DNA of 62,964 nt, filler included, from Sphacelaria rigidula (GCA_964200075.2; 7 parts of 7 records of this genome joined end to end with filler, not necessarily neighbours in it); one strand, 5' to 3'. Positions 25,144-37,280 are shown, counted from the first letter of the whole stretch. The notes: generated from the letters alone by a model not told the origin. A program made the numbers and translations.

Positions 25144-25370
25144 TGTAGACTCTAGCCACTATGGTTACCTGAGGTTAGGACATTCTCTAGATGGGGTTGC
25201 GGGTCTGATTGCCGGACTCTGTGATGGGTGACCTCGATGATGAGTAGGCATGCTTTTTCTACTCCAAGGAAAAGAGGCTGTGGTCCTGTTCTCCTGTACT
25301 ATGCTAGGGGATAATACGTGAATAACTAAAGCTGCTGAAGTTCATGTGCCCGTTATGGGAGGAGTCCACA
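25144..25370 (+). repeat. LTR (227 bp)
   Basis: TGTAGACTC...GAGTCCACA inverted termini (TG..CA); purine-rich tract upstream; TGGCG PBS-like start downstream. Confidence 0.65.
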
Positions 25371-25387
25371 TGGCGATCTGAACTTGA

Positions 25388-26730
25388 GTGACAGAGGTCT
25401 ATAAGGGTTGCTGGCAGATGCCGTTGGAGGCTGATGCACAAGCAATATTCACGATTGCGACTCCCGGAGGTCTATTTACCTCCAAACGGGTGCCGCAAGG
25501 GATGTTCAATGCGACGGGATATTTTCAAGGCATTATGACAGGGTTATTGGCCGGAGTTCAGTGCGAAGTGTGGGTGGATGATATTTTGCGGTGGGGTAAA
25601 GATGAGGATGATCTGTTGTGTGCACTGGACCAGATTTTGGGCTGTTTGGAGGATGCTGGTCTTTTTCCCGCTGGGCACAAGTACATATTTGTAATGATGG
25701 ATGGCCTGTGCAGTTTCGTGTGGTTGGACACCGAGTCTTGTACAGCTGCAGCGACGGTGCAGCATGTGTTGGCGTGGTGCAAGGCGTTGGGTCCGCCGGA
25801 GGTGTGGTTTAGTGACACCTCGTCACATGTCAAGAACCATCTGATGCGAGCACTGGAGAAGGTGCTGAAGCTTGACAGGAGGTCCGCGGTTCCAAACTCG
25901 CCGTGATCAAATGGTACGTGTGAAAGGATGATGCGAGAGGTTGCTCGTACTTTGGAGGTCATGCCGCAAGAAGAGAGGCGCGACGTTCGTGACTGAGTGG
26001 GACTGGTGCCTGCCGTACAGTGGGCATTGAACACGGCATTCCGCGAGCGCTACGCCAGTACGCCATACCATGTTATTATTTAGACGGGCGCCGCGCACAA
26101 GTTTTCCAACCCTGGCATCGCCGACCCGCAGCGAGTGGCGACGTGATGTGCTTGATGAAATAGTGCTGCAGGAGAAGGTGGCATCAGTCGTGGAGGCGCA
26201 GCAAGAGTTGCACAAGAAGTTGGCGCAGCGTGTTGGCAAGACTCGTGCACTGCAACGACGTGTTGGCATAGGGACAGCTGCCAAATTTCATGGTGGGTGA
26301 TTCTGTGTTGGCTTCGCGGGTTAGGCGCTCAGGAACAACGCCGAAACTCACAAGTACGTGCACAGGGCCTTGGAGTATCATGACAGCGGAGCAAAAACAT
26401 GTCTTATCAGATTTAGAATAGCGTGAATGTCGAGGTGAAGGACGCGCATGTCGCACGTCTTCGGTACTATGCGGACAAGGAACTGGAGATCACCGCGGAT
26501 CTGAAGGAGGTGTTACAATATGCACATGCTTCAGGAGAGTTTGAGATGGAGGCCATCGCGGGGATATCTGATGCTCACGAAGGAGATGACTACGATGCAC
26601 GTGTGGAATAGGTAGGTTTTGACGAGGACGAAAGTTCATGGGAGCGGTTGGATGTTATTTGGAGACAAGAGCTGCAGTTTGTACGATCTGAACTGCGGAA
26701 ATTGAAATTTAGTAAGCACGGGAGCGTCTA
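25388..26730 (+). mobile_element. Ty3/gypsy pol remnant: RT, integrase core and chromodomain-like C-terminus; RNase H missing
   Basis: YKGCWQMPL...RVPQGMFNATGYFQ...VWVDDIL (RT); VMMD...WFSDTSSH...SNGTCER (integrase D,D,E); FEMEAI...VE*VGFDEDESSWE (chromo-like); stops present. Confidence 0.88.
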
Positions 26731-26930
26731 AAGGCCAAGCATAGTATCAAGCCGTGACTGGTTGTCTGGGTACTTCGTGGATGGATTGTATCATGCGATT
26801 GACAGAGGATTCTATAAAATGAGATTCATCAATGAAATGAGGTTCGAGCCCAAATTACTTTTTTGTCGGCCTAATGCCCCTCGATCGCGTAGATACTTTT
26901 TCAGCGCATTTTACCGACTCTGTGAGCTTA

Positions 26931-27030
26931 NNNNNNNNNNNNNNNNNNNNNNNNNNNNNNNNNNNNNNNNNNNNTTAATTAATTAANNNNNNNNNNNNNN
27001 NNNNNNNNNNNNNNNNNNNNNNNNNNNNNN
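26931..27030. other. Artificial contig linker
   Basis: Same 100-bp structure. Confidence 0.98.
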
Positions 27031-27184
27031 GGGGATATCCCGAATAAATCTGCAAACGGCGATGCCCTGGCCCATATTTTTGTGCGTCTAGAATCGTTAG
27101 GAGCCCTTGAACCAGACAAAATTTCGCGAAAGAAGTGCACCCCTACCGTAGCATTGCTCGGGGAAAACACCGTTACCTTCTCTC

Positions 27185-27510
27185 ACTGGATGAGTTATCC
27201 GGTATAACTCGTTTAGTGGGAAAGCGTCCCACTGAGCAATACCAGATAGCCCATCCAGCGGGAAAAGATACAACTGAGCTGTACCATGTGACTCATCCAG
27301 TGGAGACCGTACGGCTGAGGTATACGGTATTCCTCCGCTGGTGGAAATAGGTACGGCTGAGTGTTATACCATATGATTTAGTGGGAAAAGGTGCCGCTGA
27401 CTTATACCATACATATCACCCACCCTGTAGAGAGAGGTCTTGCGGAGTTATGCCTCATGACGAATCCAGTGGGTAACGGTAACGCGAACTTATAACATAT
27501 CGCTCATCTA
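27185..27510. repeat. Degenerate minisatellite of about 40-bp palindrome-containing units (family F)
   Basis: Recurring CATCCAG(T/C)GG...CTGAG.TATAC; reverse complement of units at 36925-37280. Confidence 0.6.
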
Positions 27511-27531
27511 GCGGCAGTAAATACGGGACCT

Positions 27532-27770
27532 TACAAATTGGGAATGGATCTTTCATTGGGGATGAGGAACCCGGAGAATTGAAATCTTCTTCGTATCCAC
27601 ACCAAATCTTCGAAATATGGTTCCAATTCTTCATTTACTGATAGCTTTTGGCAACTACTACACGCCATACACATTTGGATCTCGATCACCGAAATGCTGG
27701 GGTCCTAGGTGAAAAATCAATTTCGGAACCATTTTGGCGTCCGTTCGGACACCCGAAATTCCCCAAAATT
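27532..27770. mobile_element. Partial family D foldback MITE (left arm and centre)
   Basis: TACAAATTGGGAATGGATCTTTCATTGGGGATGAGGAACCCGGAGAATT matches 17296 onward. Confidence 0.8.
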
Positions 27771-27829
27771 GGTGCAGTCTGCTACACGAACAACGTTGTC
27801 CGGACGGTATCACGTGTGCCACTGCAATC

Positions 27830-28290
27830 GTCGGCAACGCCGCTCGTCGGGGGGGAGGAGGCCCATTCCAGTACCGTCGCCGCCGCCGCCGCGCCGCCAG
27901 TAGAGCGGCACCACGGGACACCGCTCGTCGGGGTGGGGGGAAGTCCATTCCAGTACCGTCGCCGCCGCCGCCGCATCGTCAGCAGAGCAGCATCACGGAA
28001 CGCCGCTCGTCGGGGGAAAGGAGGTTCATGGCAGCACTGCCGCTGCTGTCGCCACACCGCTGTTCCCACCGACATATCACACAATGGAGTTTGAGCCGGC
28101 GCCGTCTCCGCGCCAGCGGACTCCGCCGACTCAGCCGATGCTGCCGCCGCCGCGATCGACCTTTCCGTCGATGCAGCAAACGCCGCCGCGCCCGCGGACT
28201 CCACCGACTCAGCCGATGCTGCCGCCGCCGCGACCGATCTTTCCGCCGATGCAGCACACGCGGCCACGCCCGCCGACTCCGCTGATGCAT
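27830..28290. repeat. GC-rich tandem repeats (about 81-bp and about 78-bp units) with (GCC)n tracts, upstream of copia RT
   Basis: CCGCTCGTCGGGG at about 27840, 27921 and 28003; GGACTCC(G/A)CCGACTCAGCCGATGCTGCCGCCGCCGCGA at about 28118 and 28196. Confidence 0.75.
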
Positions 28291-28769
28291 CAAGCGCCGC
28301 AGACATCCCCGCCGATATTTTCCGGCTCTTCGGCCCCTATTCCATCCCCGATACCATCAGCATCTCCCTCGACTGCGTCGCGCTATGCACCATCCGCCTC
28401 TGAAGCGATGGACCATTCTTTCTCGCCGCCCCCAATGAACGTGAGGAAGGGGCTGGATCTGAAAACAGACCCCGGCAGCCAGGGCGTACGCGGTCGGGGT
28501 CGACGCAATACAAGACCGACAAGGCCACACTTTTGCACCACAGCTGAGGACTCATGCAGTAGTTGGATAAGCGATCTTTGCTGTCTGCTATCCTCATGCA
28601 CGGCGTAGTTGATGCCGGGCGACAGGGCAAGGATGGTGAGAAAGGGGGGTGCGGGGGGATACCGATGTGACTCGCGACGAGGCTGGCGACGCGTGAAGAT
28701 GTAGATGCCGCTTTGCACGAGCAGCACCCGCCGCACACCCCGCCGGAACTCCCACAGTGTCCGGCAAAG

Positions 28770-30321
28770 AAGCTCGAGGTCCCCGACGGGTACACGCAGG
28801 CGGTGCGCTCGGAGTAGGGTGATTTATTGAGGGACTCGATGGGGCGTGAATGGCGGGGAATTCTGGAGGCGGAGACAATTGACTCAGCGGAAAAGCAACT
28901 CGTGGACAACTATATCCACGCAAAGTGGGTATATGACTGGTAGGCGGACGAGTTTGGATGGCCCACGAAGATGAAGTCGAGACTAGTAGCAAGCGGAGAT
29001 AGGCAGAGAGAACATAGATTTTGGAGAACTGTATGCTCCCACCGTAGCAGTTTCTAGCGTACGTTTGTTGACGACTCTAGCTTGTGAGCAAAATCTTAAG
29101 CTGCGTTATTTTGATATTGAACAGGCTTTTGTATAGTCTGAGTTGGACGAGGACGTTTTCATGCGGTTGCCACTTGGTTGTGGAAGCTTATCGGGTAAAA
29201 TAGTAAGACTCAACAAACGTTTGTACGGATTGAAACAGGCAAGTAGGCAATGGCATAATCACTTGGCGGAGTGTTTATTTGTTTTGGGACTTGATCAGTG
29301 CTTGGCGGGTTCATGTGTGTTTCGGTTGATTGAGGATGGCAGGGTGATTATCACCATAGTAGTACGTGTAGATGATATATTCGCAGTGGGGGAGAAGGAC
29401 AGGTGTGACGAGTTTGATAGAAATCTCAACACGACGGTTCCAGTCAAGAACCTCGGGGATTTGCGTTGGTATTCTGGACTGTACTATGAGAGAGATATTG
29501 CAAGGTGCACTCTGAAGATTTCACAACAAACATACGCAGAGGAGTTGGCGAAGGAATACGGAGTAGAGTGGGGAAAGAGTAAGAGTACCCCCATCGCTGG
29601 TGGTGCGAAGCTTGAAGAGTTCAGTGTAGAAGAGCAGGCAACGGAATTTCCGTTTCGGGAGTTTATAGGGTCACTGACGTGGCTGGCAACCCAAACGAGG
29701 CCAGATATATCTAGCGCAGTACGTGCAGTAGCGAGGTACTGTGCCTCACCAAAACACCTTCATTGGCGTGCTGCGCTTGGTATTTTGAGGTATGTTAGGC
29801 GAACAAGTTCGCGGGGGATTTATTTTCGCAGAGGAAGTATACGGGGGTTGAGCTTTCATTTGTTTGCAGATGCTGACTGCGCAAGTAAGGCAGCTGATAG
29901 GCGGTCGGTATCAGGAGGGCTAGTGATGTGTTGAGGTGGATGTGTGTCTTGGTTTTCAAGGACTCAGAAGAGTGTGACGCTGTCCACAACGGAACCAGAG
30001 TACGTTGCCATGAGAGATATTCTGAAGGAGGTATTGTTTTTGAGACAGGTTTGGCGTTTCGTGTTGCCGCAGATGGGAATGCCATGCATCCCTGTGTTTG
30101 AGGATAATCGGGGAGCTATTCAATTGGCAACGAACCCACTCACGAACTCCAACTCCAAGCACATCGACGTACGGCATCAATCTATCAGAGAGTTGGTTGG
30201 GAGGAATGAGGTTTCGGTTCTTCACGTGAGATCGGAGTATCAACGTGCAGATTTCCTCACTCAAGTGTTGCCGACAGAGTCTTCTGGGGTTCATCGTACT
30301 ATTGTCATGAACGTTATGTAA
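28770..30321 (+). mobile_element. Ty1/copia pol remnant (RT + RNase H)
   Basis: KWVY...KSRLVA...FDIEQAF, LYGLKQASRQW, VRVDDIF, TRPDIS, FADAD...RSVSG, EPEYVA, FEDNRGAI, SKHIDVR; a few in-frame stops. Confidence 0.95.
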
Positions 30322-30611
30322 AGTCTGCAGCACATTGATACACTTGTTTGGTTTGAGTTTGTTTGATTTGTTTTCGGGGCCATTTATCCACCCCGGAAAA
30401 GTAGGGGTACGAGGCCATGATTGCAAGATCTTCAATTTTGCAGTGAAATGTTTTTTTTCATCTTCGACGGGTACGGCCGCATTTGGTTTCTTGTTGTAGA
30501 CAAAATATTCTTCAATGGTTTCTAGTATTGGATTTCGATCTTCGACGGGTACGGCCGGATTTGATTATTTTTTCATTGGTTTTCAGTACTGGTGTGATGA
30601 AGCTCAGAGGC

Positions 30612-30878
30612 GTTGCAAGATATACTCTGTGCGGGTCTGCTCGTAGACCCTGGATTCCGTGACGCGTTGTTATCGCGTTAGCTACTGTCATAAGTTAGGG
30701 TTGTTCAGCCGTGGCCCCAGGCCGCGGCGCCCCATCTCATCAGTTACTGCCCTTGCCGTGGTCTACCTTGGGCCATCACTACGCTCTGCTCCTATGGCTG
30801 CCCTGCGGCTATACTGAGTAAGAGAGCTGCTTGTAGATAAAACATGAGGCTATGAAACACGTGAGTTCTTAATCAACA
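30612..30878 (+). repeat. Possible 3' LTR of the copia element
   Basis: (c)GTTG start after AGAGG and an end in TCAACA, downstream of RNase H; no second copy to confirm. Confidence 0.35.
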
Positions 30879-31320
30879 GTCTAACATGGATGAACCTACT
30901 TTGTGATAAGTCAAGGAAGGATAGCGAGGTCTGTGTGAGTTTGCCCATGTGGGAGCTTGGCGGGTTGGCACCATGGTATCTCCTGGCACTCATACTGAGA
31001 GACCCCAGCCAGTACATTAGGTACTCCCTCTTTATGACACTGGACTTCGAGTGTCACAAAAATCGCCGTAGTAAATATGGGGAAACTGGACTGGTTTTCG
31101 ACTTTTCGTTTGGTTGATGTATTTTCCTATATTGCCGAATACATCTCTGGGACTTTTTTACGTTTTGGTTTGTGATTTTATGAATTTTGAATCCAGTTTT
31201 GTTTTTCAGTACTGGAAGGCGTGACGGGATAGATAAAGAGCATGAATATGTCATGAAGTATTGAGGAAGAGAACTGAAGGCAGGACTTTCAGTTTGCCAA
31301 GTAGATGACGCCATCGTATG

Positions 31321-31745
31321 AACAGCCTGGATCCGTTCTTGAGGTTCAACATTTTAATGCGTTTCAACTCGAAAACAGTCCTTTCCCTGACCTAAAGTCA
31401 TGGCTAATGAACTTTACATGAAGAACCTCATGCCCCCCGACCCTCTCAAAACGTTTTCCGGGGGTTACCCGTCTTCCGTGCTCCCAAAGCGCATGTGCGA
31501 AAGCACGTTTTCGCCTCGATATCGGGGCGAAAATGGGGACGGTTTCAGCCCAAAATTGGTGCTTTCGCATATTCACTTTGGGGGCACGGAAGACGGGCAA
31601 CCCCCGAAAATGGATTTGAGGAGGTCGGGGGGCATGAGGTCGTCCATATGAAGTTCATTGATCATGACTTTAGGTCAGGGGAAGCACTGTTTTCGAGTTG
31701 AAACTCATCAAAATGTTGAACCTCAAAAACGGATCAAGGCTCTTA
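31321..31745. mobile_element. Foldback MITE (family G), arms about 190 bp
   Basis: TTTCAACTCGAAAACAGT...CCCTGACCTAAAGTCATG vs CATGACTTTAGGTCAGGG...ACTGTTTTCGAGTTGAAA. Confidence 0.88.
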
Positions 31746-32849
31746 AAGTCTTTACACGGCTGGGACGATTTTTTTTCTTGTGCTTGGTAATATAGGATTG
31801 AATATTGTCGTTTTCGGGATGAAGCATCCTCGTACGTTCAGATGAAAATACGTCCATTAGGGTTTGAGACTTGAGACCTGAGTAGAGTCGAGCCGTGAGT
31901 AGGAGGGCTAGTCGAGTATGAGAATATGAGACTTGATAATTGCGTAGAATTGAGCCGTGACTAGGAGGGCTAATCGAATATACTCACACTCAAGAATAGA
32001 GGCATGTAAACATGCCTGGATTCAAGGGAAGTGCATATTGTGCTTGGATCACGACATATGGGGGAAGGGCAAAAAAGAGATACAGTTTTGTTATTTACGG
32101 TCTACCCGATATGGTGGTTGCAGTAAGTATCTGCTGGGGGGCACAAGCCTTATCGCGTGGCCAAGGAATGAGGCCATGACGTATTATTTCTGCATGAGCG
32201 ATTTTTCCATGACTGAACCCCCCCCCCTTCGGGTAGTGCACAACAAGTGGGGTTTTTACGTTTCACGTGGAGAGTATAGTGTACATTTTTCAACCGGGGA
32301 ATCAATTTAACAACAGAGATCCCACGACCTTTCTCAAACAAAGACCCTTGCGCCAAGCAAGTAATTCAACCTTCAAGTCTAGATAGAGTCAGGGCTTTGT
32401 GCATTCACTCGCGTTTAGCGTATCGTGGAGCTCACGGGTGGCCTGGTGCTACCCGCAAGAATGGGACCTCAACATGCGCGCGTATTCGCACGCATGCGGC
32501 TGTTATGGTTTTGCGTGAAATCGGTCAATAATGATTTTTGGCTACGCACAGGTTGCATTTGAGGCATTTCGGAGTCCAGATCCGCGATAGACCTCGTGCG
32601 GATCTTGGAACCACTGTTCCCGCATAGAAGTTTGATGACATATTATTTGGTGCTGCCATGTTACTGTCACACGAGACACCATGATATTCTATCACGGAAA
32701 TGTCGTTGGGTAACTATCAATGTGACCTCTATTACCAACACCTAGATGCCATTGTCACTACTACTGTACTCACAAAATCGAACGAGCTATTCCACACGCA
32801 TATTCATTGTACAATCGCATCGAAGCCAGGTAGCTGACGACGTTATTCC

Positions 32850-34600
32850 TTCTAATTACGGCCCTACCTTGAACACCTCGCAAGCCAGAGGCCACGCCGT
32901 TTCTCGAGGGCGACCACCGGTGTGTAGGCCAACGTCAGTAAAACCACCCCGTGGAGCGTGAGACGTCGATGGCGATCCCTGCGGTCCCGTGATGCCGAGC
33001 ATATCTCTGGCATCAAACAGGAGTGCAGCAATCATCGCGGGAGTTTTCTGGTGACCTTGCTGGCCGGAAGCTGCCGTGCGCACATTTCCGCGCCTCTTGC
33101 TTGCTTTACTCAAAGCATTGCCAAAGTTGTCGTACAGCTCATCCCATTCCTCCTCCTTCACTACACCGCAGTGGATGATGGATGAATCGCCAGCAATAGA
33201 GCCGTACTGCAGAGAACCCGCACCACTGCAGTATGTTTACATGCGCAGTGAAGAAGGAATTAGTCGGATACGAAACGTGGCGCGCAACGAAGACATAAAC
33301 GAGTGAATTGGTGCATGACCGCGTTCCTCCCACGACCTAGGCATGGCATGATGCCATACCGTCGTCCATACGCACTGCGGACAGCTCGATTGAGTGGAAC
33401 ATCTTGAATCGGGTATTATTATGGTTTCATGAACAGAGCAAGCTCTGCAGCTTTGAAGGAGGGTGCAAAGAAAGCTCTTTTCAACATATTTATCCAGTCA
33501 TATATGCGGCCATCCCAACAGTGGCTGATTCTGATTGGGTGAAGCAGCCGTGATACTCTCAGCACTCTCGCGTGCAAAAAGTTGATGTCATCAATAAGCG
33601 GCTTTGAGTACGCACGATCACAGTACTGCTCGCGAGAAAGTCGATACACCGCTACTCTAAATGACACTTCGGACGAGTATGAACGAAGTAATTTATGGGT
33701 TATGCCGCGATAGACCCCCCAAAGAACCAGCACCAAAAGTGCGACGAACAAAATGGCCATACAGCACATCGTAATGCGTGAGAGGTCCGCGTGCTTAGGA
33801 GGCCGCATTGTACTGTAGTTCGGAACAACTGCTCAGGATCGACGATTTTCGAAACAACTCGGGCCAGCCCCTGCAGGGACCACGCCCCTGACCCCAACCC
33901 CAACACTGACACTAACCCCAACCCTAACCCTAACCATACTATATAGGGATGTTCAATTTCTGATGCGGTCCTCCAAGCACGCGGTCCTCTCACGCATTAC
34001 AGCATGATAGCTGGTTCAGACTTTATGCAGCCCCTCATATGGCCGACGCAGGCAAAGATGATCCCAAGAATAGTAATTCGCAGCTGCTCAAGTGTGCTCG
34101 GCTTTTCTCATCATCGTGGTTTACATGAAGATATTTTGTCCTCAGTCCAGCTATATTTCGTGGAGGGTGCCATCGCGGCATCACTCCCATGTCAATTCGC
34201 CAACGCACTTGTGTCCACACGCATTAGCCCCGCGGAAGCCACATGCATGCATCATCACACCTGGAGGATCTTATCCAGTGTGCGTCCATGGTCCACTTGT
34301 CAAGACCCACGATTGACAGGCTTCGGCAAACCGGCGGTGAGTCGGACGCCGGCGTGCTCGCTATGGCGAGAATGGCGCAGCCATACTCCGGCAACCACTT
34401 GATCGCTCGATCATCCAGGATGACACGTGCCGTCTGGTTCAAAGCGTACTTCCAATCGATGTTACTGAAGATGGTTTCGCATCCAGGGAGTTCCTGCAAA
34501 AACGGTGCAAAATATCTTCGTATGTTCGTGATCCCGCGTGCCGGTTGTATGAACACAACGGCGGTGGCCGATCACAGTGCACATGACCACACGTCGAGCA
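32850..34600 (-). pseudogene. Decayed multi-segment gene of unknown family, interrupted by a MITE
   Basis: Protein-like ORF fragments 34224-34556, 33419-33710 and 32856-33161 on one strand, with stops; CAG acceptor at about 34602. Confidence 0.3.
33771..34000. mobile_element. MITE (family H) with about 36-bp TIRs and internal CCCTAA-like repeats
   Basis: GTAATGCGTGAGAGGTCCGCGTGCTT...AAGCACGCGGTCCTCTCACGCATTAC; internal ACCCTAACCCTAACC. Confidence 0.85.
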
Positions 34601-34829
34601 ACTGCGGTGACCAACGAAATAGTTTAATCACTACACTCGCGAAACGCCGCATATCATCAGACAAAATCAAATTTCTCGGAGCTCCCTTGCACATGCAACT
34701 AGAACTTCAGACAACATTCTTTACAACATGTTTTTTGTGGACTATATCACACTAGACATCTCACCCTGCTCTCTTCATGAGACCTGTAGTACAGTAGTAG
34801 CATCCCACATCAGCATTATTCCGTGAGGA

Positions 34830-34945
34830 GCCATGCTACGATAGGGATGGGGTGTTCGATTCCACGAAAATATGGCTTATAGATGCTTCAGACAACCTCA
34901 TACACTCGCGGTGCGCTTGTATTTGGGTAAAAGCGCTGTAAAGCA
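34830..34945 (+). repeat. Diverged copy of dispersed repeat family I
   Basis: CTACGATAGGG...CACGAAAA...GCGCTTGTATTTG...GCAGTATG matches 44823-44948. Confidence 0.6.
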
Positions 34946-35354
34946 GTATGAATGAGCTTTGGTTGTCGGGAGCAAGCGTGTTCCGACAACCGCTGCTGCT
35001 ATCAACGACGACTGCAAGTAAAACTTCTTGGAAGAAAACAGCACAAGCACAACCCCCCCCCCTGTCGTAGCATGACCCTGAGGATGGCCCATCTCCTCAA
35101 ACGAACAACACCACGGATGGTCGATATGGCATTTAAGTTGACCAGAAAAAAAGGTAGTGCCGATTGAGATCCTTGAATTATCGTGCAGCCTCCATCTGAG
35201 ATATGATGTTCAGCTGGAACGTTCATCTGGTGGCTGGTCAACCACCTGAGATGTCCTTATATCCCAGAGGAAAATCCATATTCAGATACATGTGCACATA
35301 CATTCCAGGTGAATATACTACCCCAGAGGGGTTTCCACACCCTAGATGGATACT

Positions 35355-35563
35355 GTAATGCGTGAGAGGACCGCGTGCTTAGAGGACCGAATCGGAATTT
35401 GAACATCCCCATGGTTAGGGTTAGGGTTAGGATTAGTGGCAGGGTTATGGTCAGGGGCGTGGTACCTGCAGGGGACTGGCCCGATTGGTTTTGAAAACAT
35501 CAATCCTGAGGTGTTTTGAACTACGGCGCGGTCCTCTAAGCACGCGGTCCTCTCACGCATTAC
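35355..35563. mobile_element. MITE family H, second copy in opposite orientation
   Basis: Same TIRs; internal GGTTAGGGTTAGGGTTAGG. Confidence 0.88.
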
Positions 35564-35939
35564 AAATAACCCAGATTGACCCGTTATCCCGGGTATTATT
35601 CCAGATAGGCGTCCACATTCTGAAAGTCGACATCTTCCCGGCATATATATCGGCATCCCGAATGGAGGTTGAACGATATTGTAAGCACATGCCGTTGTAA
35701 TGCTACTCCCGCAAGGGACACATCGAACTACATGCTGTGGGCAGAACGTGCTGGTGCCCCCTTTCACCGCCCGGCCGTTGTTCCTACTGGTGTCTGTACT
35801 CGGCAGAAGAGATGGTGACAAAATGAAACACATTTTATTTGGATCAAAGATCAATTCGAGCAGAGCAGTGGCACATGTGACGAAATATCGCCTACATGAT
35901 GTGCTATGTAGTGATCAGCAGGATGATGACCGTTGACTG

Positions 35940-36039
35940 NNNNNNNNNNNNNNNNNNNNNNNNNNNNNNNNNNNNNNNNNNNNTTAATTAATTAANNNNN
36001 NNNNNNNNNNNNNNNNNNNNNNNNNNNNNNNNNNNNNNN
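35940..36039. other. Artificial contig linker
   Basis: Same 100-bp structure. Confidence 0.98.
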
Positions 36040-36054
36040 GATCAATTACGCTCA

Positions 36055-36181
36055 TCCATGCTGCCTGACACCGTTTGGAACGAAATACAAGCGCAACGCA
36101 AGTGTGGAAGAATGTTTGACACGATTATGAGCCTGGTTTTTCGTGCAACCAAATACTCCCCCCCCTATCGTAGGATGACTC
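36055..36181 (-). repeat. Dispersed repeat family I at the left end of contig 5
   Basis: Reverse complement of 44823-44948 (AAATACAAGCGCAACGCAAGTGTGGAAG). Confidence 0.85.
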
Positions 36182-36185
36182 ATTA

Positions 36186-36475
36186 CTTCACCTACTGGTA
36201 GTTCTTGATAACTGCTGCACGCCCTACAATTTTGGATCTCGATATCCAAAATTTTGGAGTCCTAAATGAAGGCAAATGTTTGGGGAATTTAGGTGGTTCG
36301 ATCGGATCCCAACATTTCGGTTGTCGTGATCCAAATTTGTATGACGTGTAGTACTTGTCAATAGCCACCAGTAGGTTAAGGAATGGAACCGCATTTCGAA
36401 GATTTGGTGTGAATATGAGGTTTTGAGTCATTCGGGTTCTCATCCTCAATGAAAAGCTCCATCCTCAATTTCGAC
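36186..36475. mobile_element. Truncated family D foldback MITE
   Basis: CTTCACCTACTG... and ...ATTTCGAAGATTTGGTGTG...TTCTCATCCTCAATGAAAAGCTCCATC match 17296-17717. Confidence 0.75.
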
Positions 36476-36924
36476 AATCGGCTGTTTGTAGTTTCGACCT
36501 CGGCTCGTTTCCATTCAAAATCCCGTTCCCATGTATCAGGATCCTTCGTTTTTCTGAAGAGGTTGCGGATACGTTCAATTAGCCCGCAATTATTAACTGT
36601 TTCACATTTGACGTCGACGGTGCCGTCTGTAGACCCTCGATTACGGCATTTTCGTCACGGTGTTTTCGCCCTTTACCACGCAAGACGGTAACTGACTTCG
36701 AATTTGGATTGCTGTCATCTTCAGTGACAAACATTCCTGATAAGGGATACTGTAGTTGTGAACGAGATTAAGCTCCTCTGAGCTTGAAGCGGTAACAAAT
36801 CAACTTACCTCAACTCTCACACGTGTTGAATCGGCAACAATTTCGCTTGTAAAATGTATGCATGATGTAGATGGACTACCCTCGCGGTCTAAGGGTTAGT
36901 TCGAATTCACTCATGTTTTCGTGA

Positions 36925-37280
36925 CTCAGCGGTGAGTCATGCCGTATAACGCAGCGGTACTTATTTCCACTGGATGAGTTGTACGGTATGACTCAGCGGT
37001 TTCGGTATCCACTGCCTGAGGTATAGGGTATAAAACCCAGCGGTAATTTTTCGTACGGGATACGTTGTATGGGACCAGTCAGCGGTCCCAATTTTCACTG
37101 GCTGGGTCATTCGGTAAACCTCAGTTGCACCTTTTTTCACTGATTGCGTTATTCGGTATAACTAAGGCATTCCGGGTTTCACCGAACGAGGTGTACGGTA
37201 TAACTCAGTGGTCCCGGTCTTCACTGGCTGAGTTACAGCATAGTTCAGCGGTATCTTTTCCCGCTGACTGAGATATACCG
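36925..37280. repeat. Minisatellite family F, about 8-9 units of about 41 bp
   Basis: Approximate consensus CACTGG(A/C)TGAGTT(A/G)TACGGTATAACTCAGCGGT plus a variable 8-9-nt linker. Confidence 0.7.

Noticed and set aside
36925-37280. CRISPR array
   Set aside because: Repeats are degenerate, linkers are only about 8-9 nt, there are no cas genes, and the context is eukaryotic
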